Shown piece by piece: positions 29,232 through 37,956 of a stretch of DNA of 64,000 nucleotides (position 1 is the stretch's first letter; each line of letters begins with the position of its first letter). The stretch covers positions 9,193 to 73,192 of the forward strand of contig CAWCJN010000007.1 in assembly GCA_963795945.1 (NCBI GenBank), read 5' to 3'. The notes beneath the pieces are model-generated. The model saw nothing but the letters and a program-made list of their open reading frames with translations. It did no database searches and was not told where the DNA came from. Made by a program: the position numbers and the translations under genes. Source of the stretch: an uncultured Pseudomonadota bacterium (GTDB lineage Bacteria; Desulfobacterota; Binatia; Binatales; Binataceae).

Positions 29232-30023
29232 ATGGCAAGCAGCTTAAATGTGGGCTTTGACAGCCCGGAATCCGTGATTGAGACCGCACGGGGAAAGCCT
29301 TCGCTCCAAGGCGCAGGTCTGACCAAGCGTTATTCAGGCCGTGCGGTGGTCGATAATGTTGGCGTTCGTGTGGGACACGGCGAAGTCGTCGGCCTGCTCG
29401 GTCCGAACGGCGCTGGGAAAACAACTACCTTTTACATGCTGGTGGGCCTATTGAAGCCGGACGATGGGCGTATCACCCTCGGCAGCGACGATATTACCGG
29501 ATTGCCGCTCTATCAACGGGCACGGCGCGGCATCAGTTATCTGCCACAGGAACCATCCGTCTTTCGCAAATTGACGGTCGAGCAAAACCTGCTCGCAGTG
29601 CTTGAAACCCTTCCTCTGACGGCCGAGGAGCGCCAGGCGCGACTGCAATCATTACTGGATGAACTGGATATCGCGCGGATCGCTAAATCCAAGGCTGGCG
29701 TACTCTCAGGCGGCGAACGTCGAAAAGTCGAAATCACGCGCGCGCTGGTACTGGATCCACATTTCCTATGTCTTGATGAGCCATTTGCGGGAATTGACCC
29801 AATTACCGTGATCGAGATCCAGCGAATCATCACCTATCTCAAGAAGCGCGGGATCGGCATTTTGATGTCTGATCATAATGTGCAGGAGACCCTTTCGATC
29901 ATCGATCGCGCCTATGTCATCCACGCCGGCAAGATTCTGGTACAGGGCGGACCACGAGAGATCGTGGAAAACGAGCGCGTGCGCGAAGTATTTCTGGGCG
30001 AACGTTTTCGCCTGCACCAGTGA
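29232..30023 (+). CDS. lptB: LPS export ABC transporter ATP-binding protein LptB
   Basis: GLLGPNGAGKTTTFYMLVGLLKPDDGRI, GISYLPQEPSVFRKLTV, LSGGERRKVEITRAL, FLCLDEPFAGIDP. The N-terminus is about 20 aa longer than usual, so the true start may lie downstream. Confidence 0.85.
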   Translation: MASSLNVGFDSPESVIETARGKPSLQGAGLTKRYSGRAVVDNVGVRVGHGEVVGLLGPNGAGKTTTFYMLVGLLKPDDGRITLGSDDITGLPLYQRARRGISYLPQEPSVFRKLTVEQNLLAVLETLPLTAEERQARLQSLLDELDIARIAKSKAGVLSGGERRKVEITRALVLDPHFLCLDEPFAGIDPITVIEIQRIITYLKKRGIGILMSDHNVQETLSIIDRAYVIHAGKILVQGGPREIVENERVREVFLGERFRLHQ

Positions 30024-30056
30024 GATAATCGATGCGTATATACTTATATTGGCGAG

Positions 30057-31583
30057 TTAGAGGATAGGCTGCAGGAATCGTGCGAACCACTCCTGAGTTC
30101 GTTCGAATATCGGACGCTTGCGCCAATTGGGGCGACTGATCTCTTTCGAGTCCTTCAAATCGGTTTCGAACATCTGATTCATGCGTTGACCGAAGTCCGC
30201 GCTCAACATCACCGCGTTAATTTCGTTATCACGCATGATACTCCACCAGTCGAGGTTAGATGAACCGACGGTGGACCATACTCCGTCGATGGTCGCGGTC
30301 TTGGCGTGCAGCATTTCGCCCTGCCATTCAAAAATTTTCACGCCTGCTTTGAGCAATCCGGCATAATGCGCACGCGCAGCCGAAACGACCAATGCATGAT
30401 CGCTTTGTTTCGGCAGAAGCAACTCAACGTCTACACCACGATGAGCCGCAGCTTTGAGTGCGGACTGCATTTGCCAATCTGGAGCGAAATAGGCGTCGGT
30501 TATGTAAATATTTTTTGCGGCGCTGTTGATCGCTGAAATGAGCGTTATAACTGAAATGAGCGTTATATAGATGATGCTGACTTCTTGGGCTTGGCTGCCC
30601 AACACGCGCACGATCACATTTCCGGCACGCACCGGCGTCGGAAAATAGTCCCGCGGATTGAGAGGTTTGCCTTGCTGCGCTTGCCACGTGCCGATGAAGA
30701 GCTGCTGCAATTCGGCGACTGCCGGACCCTCGATCATGACGTCGGTATCGCGCCAGTAGTCAAGATTTGCCGAACTAGGAGCGGGCTCTCCAATCGAGCT
30801 CGCGCCTGAGTAAACCGCGGCGATATTGGCCCCACCAGTGAAGGCAATCCTGCCGTCTATCGTTAGAATTTTGCGATGATCGCGATGACTGAATCCGCCG
30901 TGAAATCTCCGCTCGAATGGATTAATCGGATTGAACTCGAGTACGCGGATACCAGTAGCTCGCATCTGATTAATGAAGCTGTCAGGCGTATGAAACGAGC
31001 CAATGCTGTCATAGATTATGTTCACTTGCACACCTTGGCGCTGCTTTGCGATCAAGGTGTTGGCGAATTTCTTTCCAACCGGATCGTCTGAAAATATAAA
31101 AGTCTCAAGACAAATATTATTTTTTGCCCCCTCAATTGCCGCGAACATTGCCTTATAAGTCTCGGAGCCATTCTTCAAAAGAGTGACTTTGTTGCCGAGC
31201 ACCAGCGGCCCGCCGCCGATGGTCTGTTCGACCGCCAGATGCTGTTCAAGAATAGTTGCGCTTCCGGTATGCGTCGCAAGCTGCTTAATGATCTCATAGC
31301 TTTGCGTGGTGGATAGCGGCCCGTGAACGCCGAGGAATTCCGGCGGATGACGGTACAACCAAGCAGTGCGCAGCTGGTCAGTTACATTGGGAATGCCGGC
31401 GCATCCTTGCACGACAGTCACAATCAATAGCCAACAGAGCACTGAAACGAACGCGGGCTGGAATACAGGGTGAAGACGAGATGCTTGGCGGAATCTGCAT
31501 ATCGTAGGCTTTAACCAGCTTACGGCATTTCGGAATGAGATATAGACGAAAAATTGGCGTCGCTTGACTGATGGCCGCAACAT
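30057..31583 (-). CDS. cls: Cardiolipin synthase / phospholipase D family protein (two HKD motifs)
   Basis: HRKILTIDGRIAFTGGANI and LHAKTATIDGVWSTVGSSNLD. A possible lipobox VVQGC. The start is set at ATG 31583, because the longer ORF (to 31757) would run through the arsR start. Confidence 0.8.
   Translation of the reverse strand: MLRPSVKRRQFFVYISFRNAVSWLKPTICRFRQASRLHPVFQPAFVSVLCWLLIVTVVQGCAGIPNVTDQLRTAWLYRHPPEFLGVHGPLSTTQSYEIIKQLATHTGSATILEQHLAVEQTIGGGPLVLGNKVTLLKNGSETYKAMFAAIEGAKNNICLETFIFSDDPVGKKFANTLIAKQRQGVQVNIIYDSIGSFHTPDSFINQMRATGIRVLEFNPINPFERRFHGGFSHRDHRKILTIDGRIAFTGGANIAAVYSGASSIGEPAPSSANLDYWRDTDVMIEGPAVAELQQLFIGTWQAQQGKPLNPRDYFPTPVRAGNVIVRVLGSQAQEVSIIYITLISVITLISAINSAAKNIYITDAYFAPDWQMQSALKAAAHRGVDVELLLPKQSDHALVVSAARAHYAGLLKAGVKIFEWQGEMLHAKTATIDGVWSTVGSSNLDWWSIMRDNEINAVMLSADFGQRMNQMFETDLKDSKEISRPNWRKRPIFERTQEWFARFLQPIL
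30533..30568 (-). repeat. In-frame 18-bp tandem duplication inside cls
   Basis: CTGAAATGAGCGTTATAA / CTGAAATGAGCGTTATAT (17/18). It encodes ITLISV-ITLISA. Confidence 0.9.
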
Positions 31584-31587
31584 CTCT

Positions 31588-31603
31588 ATATTTCTGGAAA
31601 TAT
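31588..31603. promoter_or_regulatory. Palindrome ATATTTC-TG-GAAATAT overlapping the arsR start codon (candidate ArsR operator)
   Basis: Perfect 7-2-7 inverted repeat at 31588-31603. The arsR ATG is at 31602. Confidence 0.4.
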
Positions 31604-31991
31604 GGAGAAAGAAGCAGCGATCATGGCTTTGGGAGCGCTGGCGCAAGAGACGCGTCTTGAAATCTTCCGCCTGCTGGTCGGGCAGGGACCAGAGGGTTTG
31701 CCAGCGGGCGCAATCGGGGGTCGCCTGAATCTTCCGTCGCCAACGCTCTCGTTTCATCTGAATCAGCTCAGGTTTGCAGGCTTGGTAACCTCTCGCCGCA
31801 AGAGTCGCTCGATCATTTATGCGGCAAATTTCACTGTAATGAGGGAGTTGCTCGCCTATCTGACCGACAACTGCTGCGGAGGACGACCTGAGCTTTGCTT
31901 TTCCCGTCCAGTTGCCTCGCCCGAATGCGGAGCCGGTTGCGAAATCCCATCAAACGTTGAGCGTAAATCCAAACGGAGGATGCAATCATGA
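31602..31991 (+). CDS. arsR: ArsR/SmtB-family transcriptional repressor
   Basis: ALAQETRLEIFRLL...LNLPSPTLSFHLNQLRFAGLV is a winged HTH. The C-terminal Cys cluster CCGGRPELC resembles C-terminal As(III)-site ArsR types. Confidence 0.85.
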   Translation: MEKEAAIMALGALAQETRLEIFRLLVGQGPEGLPAGAIGGRLNLPSPTLSFHLNQLRFAGLVTSRRKSRSIIYAANFTVMRELLAYLTDNCCGGRPELCFSRPVASPECGAGCEIPSNVERKSKRRMQS

Positions 31992-32452
31992 ATCGATTTC
32001 ACGTCCATGTCAGAGTCGCTGATCTTGAGCAGTCGATGCGTTTTTACTCGACGCTGTTCGGGGTTGAGCCAACCGTGATCAAACCCGATTACGCCAAGTG
32101 GATGCTCGAGGATCCACGAATAAACTTTGCGATCAGCCCGAGCGTTGTAGCGCCCGGACTCGACCACCTGGGCTTGCAGGTGGAGTCAACCGAAGACCTC
32201 TCAGAAATAGCTGGACGGCTCGAAGCTGCGGGCGAATCCGTCAGAAAGCAGAAAAATGCGCAATGTTGCTATGCGCGGGGCGATAAGGGATGGACCACCG
32301 ATCCTAGCAGTATATCATGGGAGACATTTCATACCTTCGGCGAGAGCGTCGTCTATGGCAACGATCTCGCGCCCATGGATGAGCCGGAGTCCGCGTGTTG
32401 CCCAACTGATCTGCCCGGCAATACCTGCTGCGGAACAGCTCAGGCGCGCTAG
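31988..32452 (+). CDS. arsI: ArsI/CadI-family glyoxalase-fold metalloenzyme (C-As lyase-like)
   Basis: MNRFHVHVRVADLEQSMRFYSTLFG, LDHLGLQV and the vicinal-Cys segment NAQCCYARGDKGWTTDP..WETF. It overlaps the arsR stop by 4 nt. Confidence 0.75.
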   Translation: MNRFHVHVRVADLEQSMRFYSTLFGVEPTVIKPDYAKWMLEDPRINFAISPSVVAPGLDHLGLQVESTEDLSEIAGRLEAAGESVRKQKNAQCCYARGDKGWTTDPSSISWETFHTFGESVVYGNDLAPMDEPESACCPTDLPGNTCCGTAQAR

Positions 32453-32503
32453 TTATCCCGCTTCCGGATTTAAGGTCTTAGGCTGAAGCGCACGGAGAGT
32501 ACA

Positions 32504-33550
32504 GTGGTGCGTGTTGGAATCAATGGGTTCGGACGAATCGGGCGGCTCGCCTTGCGGGCCGCCTCGTGCTGGTCTGACTTCTCTGTCGTTCATATCAACG
32601 AAGTTGCAGGCGACGCGGAGACTGCTGCTCATCTGCTCGAATTCGATAGCGTACATGGTCGATGGCCGGTTCCAATCAGCGCCGAATCTGGCGCGATTAT
32701 TGTGCGCGACCAACGCATCGGCTTCAGTAATCGCGAAATCCCCGGTGAGGTTGATTGGGCTGCCGCCGCAGTTAACATTGTCATCGAATCCTCCGGAAAA
32801 TTTCGCGATTTCGATTCATTAAAGCCGTATTTTGCAGGCAGAGTCCGCAAGGTCGTGGTCGCCGCGCCGATAAAAGACCGCGCACTCAATATCGTGATGG
32901 GCGTCAACGACCATCGCTATGATGCGCGAGAACATGACGTAGTGACCGCTGCCTCGTGCACCACCAACTGCCTCGCTCCAATCGTGAAAATTGTGCATGA
33001 GCGAATCGGCATTCGACACGGCGTAATCACTACAGTGCATGACGCAACGAATACGCAGACGATTGTTGATCGTGCGCACAAGGACTTACGTCGCGCTCGT
33101 TCCGCGTTGACCTCATTGATTCCGACTACCACCGGTTCGGCCAGCGCGATCGGCTTGATCTATCCGGAGCTTGTAGGTCGTCTTAATGGCATCGCAGTTC
33201 GGGTGCCATTACTTAATGCCTCACTCACCGATTGCGTATTCGAGGTCGCGCGCGCGACTACTGTCGAGGAAGTGAACAGCTTCCTGAATGACGCGGCCTC
33301 TGGGTCACTTAAGGGGATCTTGGGATTCGAGGCGCGGCCGCTCGTCTCAGTCGATTTCGTCAACGATCCGCGCTCGGCAATCGTCGATGGCCCCTCAACC
33401 ATGGTTGTCGATGGCGCCCAGGTCAAAATTCTAGCGTGGTACGACAATGAATGGGGCTACGCCAACCGGCTGTTCGAATTGACAGCCAAAGTCGCGGCCA
33501 GCTTGCCTCAAAGACCTGCCGAAGCCGCAACGATATTGGCAAACCCATGA
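32504..33550 (+). CDS. gap: Glyceraldehyde-3-phosphate dehydrogenase (ars-cluster-associated)
   Basis: [13 protein letters not shown], the active-site SCTTNCLAP, and [14 protein letters not shown] start. The stop overlaps the arsJ ATG (ATGA at 33547-33550). Confidence 0.9.
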   Translation: MVRVGINGFGRIGRLALRAASCWSDFSVVHINEVAGDAETAAHLLEFDSVHGRWPVPISAESGAIIVRDQRIGFSNREIPGEVDWAAAAVNIVIESSGKFRDFDSLKPYFAGRVRKVVVAAPIKDRALNIVMGVNDHRYDAREHDVVTAASCTTNCLAPIVKIVHERIGIRHGVITTVHDATNTQTIVDRAHKDLRRARSALTSLIPTTTGSASAIGLIYPELVGRLNGIAVRVPLLNASLTDCVFEVARATTVEEVNSFLNDAASGSLKGILGFEARPLVSVDFVNDPRSAIVDGPSTMVVDGAQVKILAWYDNEWGYANRLFELTAKVAASLPQRPAEAATILANP

Positions 33551-34793
33551 AAGCATCAGTTCGCAATTACGCATTGGTGACCTTAGCCTATTGGGGCTTC
33601 ACCTTGACCGATGGCGCGCTTCGGATGCTGGTTTTATTGCATTTTGATCGACTAGGATACAGCGCGATCGCGATTGCATTTTTGTTCCTGTTTTACGAAT
33701 TCTTCGGGATTGTTACGAATCTGCTCGGAGGATAGATTGCCGCCCGTTCCGGCCTGAAAGTCACGCTTTATGGCGGGTTGTTGCTCCAAATCGTGGCGCT
33801 CTTGATGCTTGCGCTGCTCCAGCGCGACTGGTCACGGTTGACTTCCGTCACGTACGTGATGCTCGCGCAGGGACTTTCAGGAATCGCTAAAAACCTTACC
33901 AAGATGAGCGCCAAGAGTGCGATCAAGATGGTCGTTCCCGCCGGAGAGGAGGGAACATTGTTCAAATGGGTGGCGCGACTGACGGGCTCGAAAAACGCTC
34001 TCAAGGGCGCAGGATTTTTCCTGGGTGGAGCTTTACTCGGCAGCTTGGGATATACCGGTTCCTTGCTCGCTATGGCGGGCGGACTCAGCTTCGTGCTGAT
34101 CGGGACAGTACGAGCGCTGCCCGGTTCGATGGGAAAAGCTAAATCTAAGGTCAAATTCACCGCCTTATTTTCCAAAAGTCCAGCGATCAATTGGCTTTCG
34201 GCGGCGCGCCTGTTTTTATTCGGCGCGCGCGACGTTTGGTTCGTAGTCGCATTACCGGTTTTCCTGGCCTCGGAGTTACACTGGAGTTTCTGGCAGATCG
34301 GGGCCTTCGCCGCCGCATGGTTTGTGGGATATGGAATCGTGCAGGCAATCGTGCCTGAGATTCTGCGACGTTGTGGTGCAACCGAGGGGGTCACCGGAGA
34401 CACGGCACGGCTGAGGGCCTTCGTGCTGTCGATCATCCCGGTCGGTTTGGCCCTGGCGCTCCGCCTTAACGCAAGCCCTTCCTTCGCGCTAATGATCGGA
34501 TTGGCGCTGTTTCTAGTGGCCTTTGCGATCAATTCCGCGGTGCATTCGTACCTGATTCTCGCGTATTCGGAAGAAGACAATTGGCGGTTAATGTCGGTTT
34601 TTATTATATGGCTAATGCGGGCGGGCGATTGCTCGGTACTCTTTTATCAGGATTGATCTTCGAGCTTTACGGCTTCGGCGCGTGCCTGATCGCTTCAGGC
34701 GCGATGGTCTTTGCAGCGGCAGTCTTGTCTTTCCAGCTGCCAGAGACCGGCGCGATTTCCGTCACTACCAAAATCGAGGCAGCCGAATCTTAA
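33547..34793 (+). pseudogene. arsJ: ArsJ-type MFS organoarsenical efflux permease, inactivated
   Basis: Three collinear pieces: 33547-33732, 33736-34580 and 34581-34793. There is an in-frame TAG at 33733-33735, within NLLGG*IAARSG where homologues as I recall them carry Trp. A frameshift at about 34578-34581 sits between AYSEED and (K)[24 protein letters not shown]. Confidence 0.75.
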
Positions 34794-34807
34794 ACCCAAG
34801 GATTCTT

Positions 34808-35914
34808 ATGAGTTCCGCGGTTCTTTCGATACCACACCCGCCTAAGCGCCTGTTGTCATTTTTAGATCGCTATCTCACGGTCTGGATCTTTTTGGCCATG
34901 GCGGCAGGGATTGCGCTCGGGAATCTCGCACCGGGGGTCAAGAATCTGTTCGACCGCCTGACTATCGGCACGGTTTCAGCGCCGATCGCGCTCGGATTGA
35001 TTCTGATAATGTATCCGCCGCTGGCCAAGGTGAATTACGACGAAATCGGCGACGTAATGCGCGACTGGAAAGTGCTCGGTCTGTCACTCGTCCAAAACTG
35101 GATAATCGGTCCGCTCCTGATGTTCGCCTTGGCGATCATCTTCCTGCGCCACCATCCCGAATATATGGTCGGATTGATTATGATCGGGCTCGCCCGATGT
35201 ATCGCGATGGTGATCGTGTGGAATGATCTGGCGCAGGGCGACGCGGATTATTGCGCCGGGCTGGTTGCCTTCAACTCAATTTTCCAGGTGCTTTTCTTTT
35301 CGATTTACGCCTATGTCTTTATCACCGTGCTCCCGCGATGGCTGGGGTTGGGCGGCGCGCTGGTGAATGTGACGATTCGCGATATCGCCGAAAGCGTCGG
35401 AATCTATTTGGGAGTTCCGTTCGTTGCCGGTTTCCTTACCTGGAAGATGCTCACCGGGATAAAGGGCAAGCGATGGTATCGCCAGCAATTTATCCCGAAA
35501 ATCAGCCCGCTGATGCTGGTGTTTCTGCTGTTTACGATCGTTGTGATGTTTTCGATAAAAGGCGAGGCGATTCTGCATTTGCCGCTGGAAGTGATCCAAA
35601 TTGCGATCCCGCTGTTGCTCTACTTCACCATAATGTTCGCGCTCTCATTCTTTATGAGCCAGCGGGTCGGCGCGAACTATCCACAAACGGCCACACTTTC
35701 CTTCACCGCCGCATCGAACAATTTCGAGCTTGCGATTGCGGTTGCGGTGGCCACCTTCGGGATCAACAGCGGGGCAGCGTTTGCGGCAGTAATCGGCCCG
35801 CTTATCGAGGTGCCGGTAATGATCGGTTTGGTCGATGTCGCGTTATGGGCGCAACGTAAATACTTTCCCGAATCGCGCGCGAAAGTTTCTTCCATCGAAT
35901 GCTCGATTGGCTAG
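34808..35914 (+). CDS. acr3: ACR3-family arsenite efflux permease
   Basis: Start at ATG 34808. [33 protein letters not shown] and [13 protein letters not shown] are ACR3 hallmarks. Confidence 0.9.
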   Translation: MSSAVLSIPHPPKRLLSFLDRYLTVWIFLAMAAGIALGNLAPGVKNLFDRLTIGTVSAPIALGLILIMYPPLAKVNYDEIGDVMRDWKVLGLSLVQNWIIGPLLMFALAIIFLRHHPEYMVGLIMIGLARCIAMVIVWNDLAQGDADYCAGLVAFNSIFQVLFFSIYAYVFITVLPRWLGLGGALVNVTIRDIAESVGIYLGVPFVAGFLTWKMLTGIKGKRWYRQQFIPKISPLMLVFLLFTIVVMFSIKGEAILHLPLEVIQIAIPLLLYFTIMFALSFFMSQRVGANYPQTATLSFTAASNNFELAIAVAVATFGINSGAAFAAVIGPLIEVPVMIGLVDVALWAQRKYFPESRAKVSSIECSIG

Positions 35915-35942
35915 CTCGCTCGCGCGGAGTATCTTCACTCTT

Positions 35943-36548
35943 ATGAGCATCCTTGTACCTTTCGTAGTCGAGCAGACTGGGCGTGGCGAACGTTCTTACG
36001 ACATCTATTCGCGCCTGCTCAAGGATCGAATCGTTTTCGTCGGCGGCCAGATCACTGACGAAGTTTCGAATCTGGTCACGGCGCAGCTGCTGTTTCTTGA
36101 ATCCGAAGATCCGGAAAAAGAGATCAACATGTATATCAATTCGCCGGGCGGTTCGGTTACGGCCGGTCTGGCGATGTACGACACGATGCAATTCGTAAAA
36201 CCACCCGTTTCCACCTTATGTGTGGGGCAGGCCGCGAGCATGGGTGCGGTACTGCTGGCGGCGGGGGCCAAGGGACGGCGCTATTCGTTGCCTCATTCGC
36301 GGATCATGATCCATCAGCTGTCGGGCGGGTTCGAGGGGCAAGCGGCCGATATCGATATTCAGGCGCGCGAAGCTTTGCGCTTGCGCGAGCTGCTGAACCA
36401 GATTCTCGCGCAGCACACCGGACAACCTATAAAGAAAATCGAAAAGGACACTGATCGCGATAACTTCCTCAGTGCCGCTCAAGCAATGGAGTATGGACTG
36501 ATCGACGAAGTGATCGCAGGCCGTAACATCCCGCCACGTGCGGCATAG
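35943..36548 (+). CDS. clpP: ATP-dependent Clp protease proteolytic subunit
   Basis: [36 protein letters not shown], and [16 protein letters not shown] with the catalytic Ser. Start at ATG 35943. Confidence 0.95.
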   Translation: MSILVPFVVEQTGRGERSYDIYSRLLKDRIVFVGGQITDEVSNLVTAQLLFLESEDPEKEINMYINSPGGSVTAGLAMYDTMQFVKPPVSTLCVGQAASMGAVLLAAGAKGRRYSLPHSRIMIHQLSGGFEGQAADIDIQAREALRLRELLNQILAQHTGQPIKKIEKDTDRDNFLSAAQAMEYGLIDEVIAGRNIPPRAA

Positions 36549-36574
36549 CTCGATGACGCAGCGCCGGTCGCCTC

Positions 36575-36601
36575 GCTGGTAAGCTGCTAGCCAGTTTTTT
36601 A
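36575..36601 (+). terminator. Putative intrinsic terminator after clpP
   Basis: Imperfect hairpin GCTGGTAAGC..GCTAGCCAG, followed by TTTTTTAT. Confidence 0.5.
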
Positions 36602-36745
36602 TCGCGAGTGCGGCTCGACAGGCCGGATCGTGCTTTGTTCTTTCCTGCCTCTGCCGCTTATTTAATCTTCCGTTTGCGATCGTGTGTAGCTTCGTTTCGA
36701 TTCTCAGGCGAGACTTAAGGCATCACGCAAGCCGGCACGATCACG

Positions 36746-37939
36746 ATGAGGATACTGGTCTTCAACTGCGGAAGCTCGTCTCTGAAATTCGCGTTCTTTG
36801 AGTTGGGCGACGACCAATCCGAACGAGTTCTTTTACGCGGCGAGTTCGAGGAGATCGGCAATCCTGAATCTTCTTTGACGCTCGAAAGAGAGGGGAAAAA
36901 AACCAAAAAGCCGAGTGTCGGAACAGATTACGCGAGCGCCACAAAAGCAATTCTAGCCGAAGTTGCCAAGGCGATCGAGGGAGCGACGCCGGACGCGATC
37001 GCGCATCGCGTGGTCCATGGTGGGCCAAAAATTTCCGCTCCGTGCCTGCTCGATCAGTCCGTCTTGCGCGAGCTTACGGACGCCTCAATCTTTGCGCCGC
37101 TCCACAATCCGCCGGCTTTGGAGACGATTCGCGCGGTCGGCGAGCATTTGCCCGAAGTTCCCCAAATCGTGGCGACCGATACGGCCTTCCACCAGACGAT
37201 GCCGCCCGCCGCGCGAACCTACGCGATTCCATGGGAGATGACCGAGCGAGACGGTATCCGGCGCTTCGGCTTCCACGGCATTGGCCACGCTTGGATGATG
37301 CAGAACTATGTCGAGCTTGCCAACAAGAGCCTCGACAGAGTCAATCTGATCACGCTGCAACTCGGTGCTGGATGTTCTGCCTGCGCGATTCGCGACGGAC
37401 GTTCGGTTGATACCTCGATGGGACTGACGCCGCTCGAAGGTCTGATGATGGCGACCCGTTCAGGAGACCTCGATCCAGCGATTTTTCCCTATCTTGCCGA
37501 GCGAGAACATCTCGCGCCGCGCGACCTGGAAAAGCAATTGAATCGCCGCTCCGGACTGCTGGGCGTGTCTGGCATATCCGGCGACATGCGTGAAGTGATG
37601 CAGGCTGAGACCGGTAATGAACGGGCAGCCTTGGCGATCGAGATGTTTTGCGATCGGGTGCGCAAGTGTATCGGCGCATATCTCGCGGTTCCCGGCAAGG
37701 TCGAGGCGGTTATTTTCGGCGGCGGAATTGGCGAGCATTCCGCGGAGATTCGCGCGCGCATCTGCCGCGGCCTCGAGCACCTCGGAATCGTGTTAGATGA
37801 GAATTGTAATCGCGATCTGACCAGCAGAGGAGGGCGCTTCAGTACCTTCGATTCCACCATCGCATTATGGGTTATCCCGCTGCAAGAGGAACTTTATATC
37901 GCGCGCGCGACGACCCGCCTGCTACGCCCCATCAATTAA
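36746..37939 (+). CDS. ackA: Acetate kinase
   Basis: [29 protein letters not shown], and the C-terminal FGGGIGEHS. Confidence 0.92.
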   Translation: MRILVFNCGSSSLKFAFFELGDDQSERVLLRGEFEEIGNPESSLTLEREGKKTKKPSVGTDYASATKAILAEVAKAIEGATPDAIAHRVVHGGPKISAPCLLDQSVLRELTDASIFAPLHNPPALETIRAVGEHLPEVPQIVATDTAFHQTMPPAARTYAIPWEMTERDGIRRFGFHGIGHAWMMQNYVELANKSLDRVNLITLQLGAGCSACAIRDGRSVDTSMGLTPLEGLMMATRSGDLDPAIFPYLAEREHLAPRDLEKQLNRRSGLLGVSGISGDMREVMQAETGNERAALAIEMFCDRVRKCIGAYLAVPGKVEAVIFGGGIGEHSAEIRARICRGLEHLGIVLDENCNRDLTSRGGRFSTFDSTIALWVIPLQEELYIARATTRLLRPIN

Positions 37940-37956
37940 CCGCATCGGAGAGAGTA

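Noticed and set aside
29232-30023. An lptC-lptA-lptB-rpoN operon context
   Set aside because: Only lptB is present here. The upstream neighbour is an unrelated minus-strand gene and the downstream neighbour is cls, so no operon claim is made.
30057-31757. Full 566-aa extent of the cardiolipin synthase ORF
   Set aside because: The first 58 codons run across the arsR start and its palindromic operator and look non-coding (Arg/Trp-rich). The start was moved to ATG 31583, which is still uncertain.
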